This document shows, piece after piece, positions 45,630-54,600 of a stretch of DNA of 64,000 nt (positions within the stretch are counted from its first letter, which is position 1; each line of letters opens with the position of its first letter). Position numbers and translations under genes: made by a program. This DNA is from Perkinsela sp. CCAP 1560/9. Its lineage: Eukaryota > Protista > Euglenozoa: Kinetoplastea. Below the pieces are notes generated by a model. That model had not been told where the DNA came from, made no database searches, and saw only the letters and a list, made by a program, of their open reading frames with translations. The stretch is taken from contig CBFFSA010000012.1 of the NCBI GenBank assembly GCA_965644495.1, forward strand, positions 248,001 through 312,000, read 5' to 3'.

Positions 45630-45940
45630 GGTTTTTATTATTATTAAGTTTTATTTTTAGTTATCATAATCAACAAGGTACAGAACTAAGCTAGGTACAG
45701 AGTAAGCTCATCGAGATAACCCGTCTTGTGAATACTACGTGCAGCGGGATCAAACCTGTGTCTTCCGAACCATAATCAGATGTTCTACTCACTGAACTAC
45801 TGGCGCCACCAAGGCGCACACCCTGGGTTCTGAACGCACCCCGCTCGTTAGCTTTGGTGAAAACTACGCGCATGGGGTTCGAACGATGGCACATCCACGT
45901 TAAGGGAGACAGGGTTACCAACTGGGCCGTCACAGTCACC
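45630..45940 (-). mobile_element. SINE-like element with two tRNA-derived heads and an SL relic
   Basis: Head 1: GGCCCAGTTGG ... GTTCGAACC; head 2: TAGTTCAGTGAGTAGAAC-TCTGA-TTATGGT-TCGGA-..GGTTTGATCC; then TTCTGTACCTTGTTG and an A-rich tract. Confidence 0.6.
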
Positions 45941-46208
45941 TTATATCTCACCCCATTAGATCCATGCTACCCCGGACACCATAAGGAAGAAAGAGGCAGA
46001 GGTTGTAAACAACCCCCGCAATTTTATTTATGATTTTATGTACAATTTGACGCGATCACCATGCGACTCAAGCGTCACCCCCTGTATATACAGTATAGTA
46101 GTCAGTATGTATAATTTAGTTGTGTATATAGTTGTGTAGTCGCACCTACCCCATCGGGTCTCATTTTGTTTAATATTTTTTGAGCACGAGTACAGTTTCT
46201 CCTCTCGC

Positions 46209-46799
46209 ATGTTTATTTCGTCTTTTCTTCGTTGTAAAGACACGGGCGTGTCCCGTCCTTCGAAAGTGCGAGGTACATTTCTTCCACAAGAATACAGTCT
46301 AGCTCAATTCGTTGCAAACATTCACAATCCACACGAATCGTGGACAGCAAATACAACAGCGTGTGAATGGAAGGGAGTGTCCTGTGATAAAAATCAAAAT
46401 GTTATAGCGATCGAAATTGGAATGAGCCGATATGCCGCACCGGAGTATTACGGGACTTTGGCATGGGGTTATATGCCAGGGAGTATTCAAACATGTGAAA
46501 TCAGTCGATCCGGAATTTCTGGGATCTTGCCTGTTAGGGAACTCCCTGCTGCTCTAAATATCTTTCGTGTTCCGAATTGCGATCTTTTCGGTAATTTAGA
46601 CATGACAGTGCTTCCGCCTGCTTTGACAACTTTAAATCTCAATGGAAATCGATTCAAAGGATCTCTGGACCTAATGTCACTTCCCCCTAATTTAGTTGTT
46701 TTGGAGCTCAATAGAAACTGCTTTGAGGGACCAGTGGATTTTTCAAGACTTCCAGTTCATTTGAAGAATGTAGATTTGCGGCGTAATAAAATTATGTAA
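46209..46799 (+). CDS. Leucine-rich repeat protein
   Basis: KD.GVSRPSKVRGTFLPQEY, ESW...TACEWKGVSC cap, LRRs. Confidence 0.85.
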   Translation: MFISSFLRCKDTGVSRPSKVRGTFLPQEYSLAQFVANIHNPHESWTANTTACEWKGVSCDKNQNVIAIEIGMSRYAAPEYYGTLAWGYMPGSIQTCEISRSGISGILPVRELPAALNIFRVPNCDLFGNLDMTVLPPALTTLNLNGNRFKGSLDLMSLPPNLVVLELNRNCFEGPVDFSRLPVHLKNVDLRRNKIM

Positions 46800-46968
46800 A
46801 ATCTTCTGTTCCTCTCTTCGTGTTAATGTAAGTGCACCTGGCCAATAAACATTTTTTGGCATGGAGAAGGCATGTACATATGGGGTGTTGATCTATGAAT
46901 ATGACTAATTTGAAATCGAGTAGTAATGTTCGATAAGACTACAATATACTAATGACTACAATATAATA

Positions 46969-49900
46969 CATACATCTCCCCAGTACGGTACTTCGTACTA
47001 AACGTAGTACGGACCCCGTATTTCGTACTAGTACGTACTAAGTACCGAACTATCCGTACTTAGTACGAAAGTCCGTACTTCATGCAGTTTGTCTAACAAT
47101 TTCAAATAAAGAAACCACACTGAAGTAGTGTACCATGTGACGATGAAGGGCTGCAACCTCTGTCATGAAGGGCATACATGCTAACACTCACTAAATAAAA
47201 GCAAATATAGAAGTAATTTAAAAGGAATATAGAAGAAGCGTACGGTGAACGCATAAAAATTTGAATCAAAAGACACTCTATATTTATCACTATTTTCTCA
47301 CTTGCTATGAACTAACGAATAGGTGATCGCCGACACCCTCCCAAAAAATGTATAAGAGAACGGAAAGGAAAAGTGAAAGTGATCTAAGAACTTTTAGAAG
47401 CTATTTTCATTGAATATATAGAATGCTGTATATATTTTTTTACAAAGCTATGCAATCAACATCATACATTACAAGATTCCATTAATTTTAGTTAGAAAAA
47501 TCACCCTAAATTAGTCCAATGAGAGGGTGGTTACTCTGTAAAATCTTTGTCTTCGCCTTCATCTGTATCGCTACTTTCGAGAAGATCAAACTCACCTTCC
47601 TCGGATGATTTATATTGCGTTTTCGGTCTATGAGTCACTCTTTTAATCTTATTTAGGTTTCCACGCAAAAAAATCCGGTCAGCAATCGCACGTGGAGGAA
47701 GTCTGGATTGTCGAGGACTGTACATATACGACAATATCGATAGCCATGAGTCACACTTTGTCATGAGAGGTGGCGTCCAAACGTAATGACGCGCGGCGAA
47801 AGCAATAGATGGGAAAAGTCTATCACCCGTAGTGCACCAGTAATCATACTCATTACTGTGCACAGAGGGATCCCACTCAAAGTCAGTACAAGTGACGTAC
47901 GCTTGCCATTCTGTGTCAGTAATAGAAAATAAGGCGTTTCGCTCTGTTAGTGCTCCCAAACCTCGATCAAAAAGGTTGATCGCCCGCTGCACACTGATAC
48001 TCTTCATGTTATATGGGCGCCCGAATTCAGAAATGAATATTGGATCGAACCAAACAATGTCTTTCCAAAATTCCATGTTATGGTTTTTAGAAAGCCGGGC
48101 CATATGATGCTTCAGCGCTTCTTTTAAACCTTCAGGCCCGACTCCTTCCTCTGAATCCTCGAATAACTGTTCCAAAGTTTCGGCAACGTGCGTTGCTGTA
48201 GGTTTCCCATTGAGGTCAGAAAATTTGTTCAATGCAACGAAGAGAATATCGCATTCCTTTAAGAAGGTTAAGCACGAATTGCGAATATTTTCAACTCCGT
48301 AACGAACTAGAAGCCTTGAACAGTTCACAATAGACTTAGATGTAGGACTTTGTTTTTTCATTTCAGCTTCAACGAAAGCTTTTATGATATCGATGTTGTT
48401 GGCGATAAAATCCATCGCTGTGAACTTATCACGACACCAGCGTGTGACACCCCCTAATTGCGGAGTTTCTACACCTTGTGATTTTGAGGATCGATCAATT
48501 CCAACTAGAACGGCACCTTTATGCTCATGTAAAATAGTACACTTTTCTTCCCATGTTAAATCGGTCAGAAGCAATTTCTCAATGAGATACTTAGACTCAT
48601 CTGGTATCACGGTTTTTAATATTTCCAGACTTTCTAGAAGACCGTTCTCGAGCCCAGGACGATATCTTTTCAAGCATCGATCTCCGAACCTAGTGCAGTA
48701 CGTTCGAAAATTTGAAGCAGCTTTCAAATACGCCTCATCGCATTTCGCCAACTTTATTCCAAGTGCAACACCCTTATATTTACCTTTTGTAGCACTCGGT
48801 TTTCCACCTGAATAGAATGCCTGGGCGAACGCCTTCTTGAATTTAAAAGCCGGAGATTCTTCATAAGACTTGAATGCCGTATTGCAAAAACAATTTATCA
48901 TGTGCCCCACGCACGATAGCAAAGCGATACTAGGAACAAAGTGTCGCAGACCTTGCTCAAAATTCGTAATATCATTATTTCCAATGTAATCTGTCCTCTC
49001 ATAGATGTCACGCAAATGTCCCTCGCAATACAAGCGAGCTACATGATTTACAGCACTTCCATCAACCATTAAAAACTTCAATTTTTTCAGTCGTTCACAT
49101 CCGATATTGATCGTCATACTGTTCACCAGGGTTTCAGCCATGAGCTTCCCGTCAAATGCCTTGTACTGAGGCGAGTACATAGGGGGAAGAACATATTCCT
49201 CAGGGCCGACATATACCACACATAATAGTATATGTTCTCCCTTCATCCGATCGATACCAGCGTCAACGGCAGCCCCAAAGTATGTATACTTATCGATGTC
49301 CGACTTGAGAATTTCCCATAGCTCATCGGCGAGAACAGATTCACATTCGTGAAGTTTTCCGGTCTTTTTGGGGAAAAAGGCTAGAAACTGTTCAATGGTA
49401 ACCTTTGGAGGCCATTGCTCCAGGAGCGACCGAACAAAAGTAAGAAATTGCTGCGAAAGAGTGCTCATGAGAGCATGCATGCTGGGTACTATTCGTGTGG
49501 CGTAAAGTTCGGCTTCCCTTTCACACGACATAGCCATTTGAACAGCGTCAAGTTTCTCCTTATCAATGCGAAGATCGCAGTGCTTACGATGCTGTTGATA
49601 ATGATTACGAGTCTTGCAATGAGATTCAAAATGGCAGCCAGGGGTCATGCATTTGTAATGACATTCATGCCCCATACCGTCAACGGGCATTGCATCATGG
49701 TTGTGATGACAATTTGCCGAGCAACGTACGACAGCAAAAAGGGGAACCACCCCCTCTCGCATTAGAACGCTAGGCGGCGTTGCGTGATGAGCGCGAGAGA
49801 CCGTTCTTTCGGGAGTTACCTCGCTTCCATCCTGTTCACCTCGGCCTGACTTCCTAGACATGGTGCTGGAGAAAAGTGAATAAAAATTGAAAAGAAAATG

Positions 49901-50110
49901 CTATAGTAACGGAATAATAAATTAGTTTAAGTAATGCGATCCCAACATTGCTTTCCAATGAAAAAGATGAGCTTTTCTTTAATTGAAATTCGTAGTCAAG
50001 GTCCCACTTTGGCATAAAATATTTTTCAAAATGTATGAAGTACGGACTTTCGTACTTAGTACGGATAGTACGGTACTTAGTACGTACTATCCGTACTAAG
50101 GAGATGTATG
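46969..50110 (-). mobile_element. Apparently intact hAT-like DNA transposon
   Basis: TIRs CATACATCTCC / GGAGATGTATG, 6-bp TSD ATAATA, GTAC-rich subterminal arrays, uninterrupted 776-aa ORF. Confidence 0.9.
47531..49861 (-). CDS. hAT-superfamily transposase
   Basis: Cys/His-rich N-terminus; AAVDAG, FLMVDGSAVN, SCVGH (CxxH), TRW; dimerisation domain YW...LFPSI..AA...P..TKCDSWLS. Confidence 0.85.
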   Translation of the reverse strand: MSRKSGRGEQDGSEVTPERTVSRAHHATPPSVLMREGVVPLFAVVRCSANCHHNHDAMPVDGMGHECHYKCMTPGCHFESHCKTRNHYQQHRKHCDLRIDKEKLDAVQMAMSCEREAELYATRIVPSMHALMSTLSQQFLTFVRSLLEQWPPKVTIEQFLAFFPKKTGKLHECESVLADELWEILKSDIDKYTYFGAAVDAGIDRMKGEHILLCVVYVGPEEYVLPPMYSPQYKAFDGKLMAETLVNSMTINIGCERLKKLKFLMVDGSAVNHVARLYCEGHLRDIYERTDYIGNNDITNFEQGLRHFVPSIALLSCVGHMINCFCNTAFKSYEESPAFKFKKAFAQAFYSGGKPSATKGKYKGVALGIKLAKCDEAYLKAASNFRTYCTRFGDRCLKRYRPGLENGLLESLEILKTVIPDESKYLIEKLLLTDLTWEEKCTILHEHKGAVLVGIDRSSKSQGVETPQLGGVTRWCRDKFTAMDFIANNIDIIKAFVEAEMKKQSPTSKSIVNCSRLLVRYGVENIRNSCLTFLKECDILFVALNKFSDLNGKPTATHVAETLEQLFEDSEEGVGPEGLKEALKHHMARLSKNHNMEFWKDIVWFDPIFISEFGRPYNMKSISVQRAINLFDRGLGALTERNALFSITDTEWQAYVTCTDFEWDPSVHSNEYDYWCTTGDRLFPSIAFAARHYVWTPPLMTKCDSWLSILSYMYSPRQSRLPPRAIADRIFLRGNLNKIKRVTHRPKTQYKSSEEGEFDLLESSDTDEGEDKDFTE

Positions 50111-50122
50111 ATAATATGTATA

Positions 50123-50406
50123 CTCCCCCTATTATTAATAACGATAATGCAAAGAAACTTTTTCTCCATATGTGAAAACTCTTAGAACATCAATTCATAT
50201 TCACGTAGGCAGTTTTTTCTCAAATTTTCTTTGAGTCAATTTTTCCCCCAAAAACATTTTGTTTTCGTTTTTTAAAACGCAAAGACATAGAATTTTCAAA
50301 TTTCAAGAATTCTTTCAAGTCCATGAACAATGATAATGATAATAATAATCTCAAAAAAAATAGCCTTCTTCAAGTTTATTATGATCATTATTAATGACAA
50401 GGGGAG
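50123..50406. mobile_element. mariner/Stowaway-like MITE (CTCCC termini)
   Basis: TA|CTCCCCCTATTATTAATAAC ... ATTATTAATGACAAGGGGAG|TA. Confidence 0.65.
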
Positions 50407-50507
50407 TAGTGTACATACAATAAGAAAGCAGAATCCGAAGAACATGTTTAGTATCACAAACGTACAGTATTCCTTTTCAACAAAAACTACAGCATTACTT
50501 CTGCTCC

Positions 50508-51113
50508 ATGTTCTCCCTTAGCTTCAAAGACACGTTCCAAGACCTCGCCCGGCCCTCGAAGGTGAGTAAATCTGTTCTTCCACAAGAACACAATCTCGTT
50601 CGGTTCTTAGCCAACATCTCCAATCCGGACTCCTCATGGACGATTGACACGCCCGCGTGTGAGTGGAAAAGTGTGGAATGCGGCACCAGTGACTATGTCG
50701 GATACATTCGACTCGAAACGAATTACGTTGGAACACTTGCGTGGAGTCACATGCCGCATACTACAAAAGAGTTTTCCATATGGCATCAGAAAGGGATGAC
50801 GGGAAGACTGTTTGTTAATGAGCTTCCCATCGGATTGAACAGTTTTGTGATTCCTTGTTGCAGTTTCTTCGGAACTGTAGATTTGACGGAGTTGCCCTCT
50901 CGTTTGACGTATTTAAACCTCCGAGGAAATCAGTTTTCAGGAGATCTGGATCTGACGTTGTTGCCTCCAAACTTGACATCGTTGTACCTCAACGGCAATG
51001 AATTTGACAGTGTGGGAGATCTTTCCAAGCTGCCAGCAAGTTTGGTTCAACTTTTTCTGCGGGGAAATAAGTTTTCCAGAAGGCCGGATGTTCCATTTTT
51101 CGTTTCCTTATAA
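50508..51113 (+). CDS. Leucine-rich repeat protein
   Basis: KD...ARPSKVSKSVLPQEH, SSWTIDTPACEWKSVEC cap, LRRs. Confidence 0.85.
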   Translation: MFSLSFKDTFQDLARPSKVSKSVLPQEHNLVRFLANISNPDSSWTIDTPACEWKSVECGTSDYVGYIRLETNYVGTLAWSHMPHTTKEFSIWHQKGMTGRLFVNELPIGLNSFVIPCCSFFGTVDLTELPSRLTYLNLRGNQFSGDLDLTLLPPNLTSLYLNGNEFDSVGDLSKLPASLVQLFLRGNKFSRRPDVPFFVSL

Positions 51114-51646
51114 AATTCGTCAGTTCTTTTTGAAAAGATAAATTACATCTATCGAGTGTAGAAAGCAGATATCTATGGGCATTATTCTTTTATACATTGA
51201 AAGTCTTTTAATTTGTTGGAAACAGGAAAGTTCAAGTTAAGAATTCATCGCCTTTTTGCAACTTGGTTTATGGGCTGTGAATTCCTAATTTTTCAAGTCG
51301 AATGTACCTTTTTTTGAAAAGAAAAACGTATTATTGTGAAAAACGTTTATTGTGATTTCAAATTACAATGCACAACTAACGATCTCATTCACACGAATAA
51401 AACAACGCAAAAGAAAGGGGGAATATACAATTCCGTATAAACGTGTATGTACAACCGCAATCAGTAAGTTAAAAATATGGGAGGAGTAAACTATGAATGT
51501 ACGTCGAGGGAGTTACACAATAGCTACCTCAAACACCACATTTACAATATCACCAGGTATACCGTAGCTCCGTATGTACAACATACCATAAATCCTCAAG
51601 TACCTGTGAACAAGCTTTTTTTTCTCGATTGTCGTTACTCTTTTCC

Positions 51647-54600
51647 ATGACAATCGGATATTCCCTTACGCTTCATCCTCCTTCCGCGATACATGCCGCA
51701 TGTGCGGGAATGTTTCGAGGCGCTCGAGTCCACGAATTTGTGCTGGTCACTGGTACTCACCTTTCTCTTTACGAAATTGCAAGTCCGACACCTCAAAAAG
51801 ACGCCTCCACTCCTGTGTCGCCTCGCTTTTCCTCCCTTGGCTCTACTTATTTATGGGGTCACACTCTGGCGATTCGGCCGGTTCTACTCGCGCACAACAA
51901 TTCCAAGGATGCGCTCCTTGTACTCATGGACGGGGGGTGCGTTGCCTTGTGGGAGTACACCGAGTCGCACATCCCTTATTCCGACGACAGTAGTGGTGCG
52001 GGACGGGAGGATCACGTCGGGGTTTCCTTTCTCCCGCTTCGACCTCCCTGTCTCGGGGATCCCTCCGCACGCTCCGCGGGGCTTCGTTTGTTGCACCGTC
52101 TTAATTTCGGACCCGCCGGGCTACGTCGAGATACCCCCGGGAGGTATGTCGGGGTGGACGCCCGAGGCGGCTGTGTGTCCCTTGCGGCTCTCGACGGCAC
52201 CAAGTTATTTTTCCCCACCCAAATCTCCACGCTGTCATCCGAGCATGACCCCCGTGAGCGGGGGACGGAGCACGGGGCGTTTTCCTCCGATTTCGAGGGA
52301 ACCCCGAAATCCGCGCGTTCTCTCACACTCGGTTCCCCGATCGAGAGCCTACCGCGCTCCCCGGGTACACTCACACTGGCCTATGTCCCGCTCGAGCACG
52401 AGACGGACGCCCAGCAGTGTGTGTACGCGGGGCTGGAGAGGGCGTCTCTCCCCCACGGGGACGCGGGGTCCAAAACCTCTCCCCCCCATCTCGTGGTGTA
52501 CATCTACGACCGCAGCTGTGCGGTGGTCACGGTACGTGAGGTCACGCGGGTGGAGCCGGGCTCCCATTTGCTGTTCCCGGTGCCCTATACCCCACTGCGG
52601 GTGGCGCCCACCCCGGGGCACCGTCCCCCCCACACGGGGTGCCCCGGGGGGGTGCTGGTGTGTTCCCCCAACCACCTGCGGTATGTGGAGGTCACCACCG
52701 GCCGGAGTCTCCATGCCGCGTTGCCTCGGCGCCACACGCTCCCGGTGGAGCACACCGTGATGGTGTGTGCCGGGGCGTTGATGCGAACCCGGGAGGGGTT
52801 CTTTTATTTGCTCCAAAGTGAGTATGGGGATTTGTACAAGGTCACGCTGACGGTGTCGCACCCTCCGTCGGTCCCCGCAGGGGAGGGGGACGGGGGGTCG
52901 GGCGGTGTGGTGACCGCGCTCCATGTGCGGTACTTTGATACGATTCCGCTGGCGACGTATCTTTATATTACCCGACGTGGGGGTTTGGTCGCCTTGGGGG
53001 AGGTCGCCAACCACCGGTTGTACCAGTTTCAATCTCTTGGGATTGACCATGATCGGTATTTGCTCGGGCACCTCGTGGTGCGCGAAAAAGCAGAAGAGGG
53101 AGGTGCGAACCGCGGCGGGATTCAGAACCTTCCCGTGTTCGCTCCCCACTCCCTGAGGAACCTACGTCTGTGCGAGGAGCTTTCCAACACGAGTCCTCTC
53201 CTTGGGTGTGTGGGTCTTAACCCCACAGAAACGCGATCCGGGCGCGAGCTCACCCTTCTGGGCTGGGGTGGACGAGGACTACAAGCGGCCGCGCACGCCT
53301 TCACCCCGGGCTCGGCCCCCTCCCGGCTCCTTCTCCACCTCCCCCTCACCTCCTTTGAGTCCTTCCCCCCACCCCATGAGTACCCCTATGGCACTCACCA
53401 CCCCGCCAATACCCTTCCCCTCTCCCTTATCACCACCTCGGAGCGTTCTGCTGCCCTCAACGAATTTTTCTCCCCCCTCTCGGCTCCCCCGTGCGTGTTG
53501 CTGCGCTACCCCAACGCTACCCACCCCTTTACTTTATTTTCTTTTTCTTCCATGAAGGACAACACAAGTCCTGTGGCCGCTCGGCTACACGCTCTCCCCT
53601 CTCCCCATGATGGGGGGGAGAGCAACAACACGGCCGCTGTGGTTTTTATGGCCTATCTCGCGGACGGCTCCCAAGTCCGGGTTCACCCCAACCTGGTCCG
53701 TCACCACCTCCCCGGGGGCCATGTGAGGCACTGGAGGCCCTCGGCGATTCATGGCGCCCCGGAGGGTTCAAATCCCTCAATGGGTTCGTATTCAAGTTCG
53801 GATTCATCGGATCCTGTCGATTCAAAAGGTTTGATTTCCCATGCCGCCTCTACGCATTTTCAACTCGTCACGGGCTTAGGTCCCGTGGTGGAGTATTTTG
53901 CGTTAGATGAGGCCGGGGTGCTGCGAAATGCCAACCGATTGGAGCTAAGCGGGAGTGTGCGCGGGCTGGATGTGATACACTCCCCGGAGATGGTGAGTGC
54001 GGAGGTAACGGGGTCTTCTTCCCCGTCTAGTATTGGTCAACGTAAGCCGTTCTCGTTTATGGCCGTCGCTACAGATCGACGGGAGTTATGGGTGGTTGAA
54101 ATTCCACTGCCTCGAAATATGCGCCAGTCCTCGACAGCGCGGGGGCTGGAGGTGCGTGCCACGCTTCAATGTGCGGTTGAGATTGCTAGCGTCGTGCTGG
54201 CGTGGCAGCCGGTAGGGGAGGTAGAGATCTCGGAGAGTAGCGACGCGGCAGAGCTGGCAACGAGCGATTCTTCCCCCACTCGGTTGTTTCTGTATCTTGG
54301 GCTGCATAACGGAACCGTGGAGGTACGCGAACTGGGGATTCAACCTCTTCAAGAGAGCACTTCATCGGTTCATTTATCCCTCGCAATTCGACACAGCGTT
54401 ACCTTTCACGCTCCGATTGTACGTGTCGTGTCCGAAACCGGCCCTGTGAGAGTGAAGAAATTGTTTTGGCGATGTACCTCCCAGACCACCCCGATAATCG
54501 ACTCCGCTTCTCCCTCTCCTGTGGGCCTGGTACATCAATTTTTCGCCATTGCGTTACAATCTGAGAGTGGCCTTCGTCTGACAGGGGTCTATTTAATGGA

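Noticed and set aside
45735-45940. Functional tRNA genes
   Set aside because: Acceptor and T stems do not pair properly and one B-box is mutated; treated as tRNA-derived
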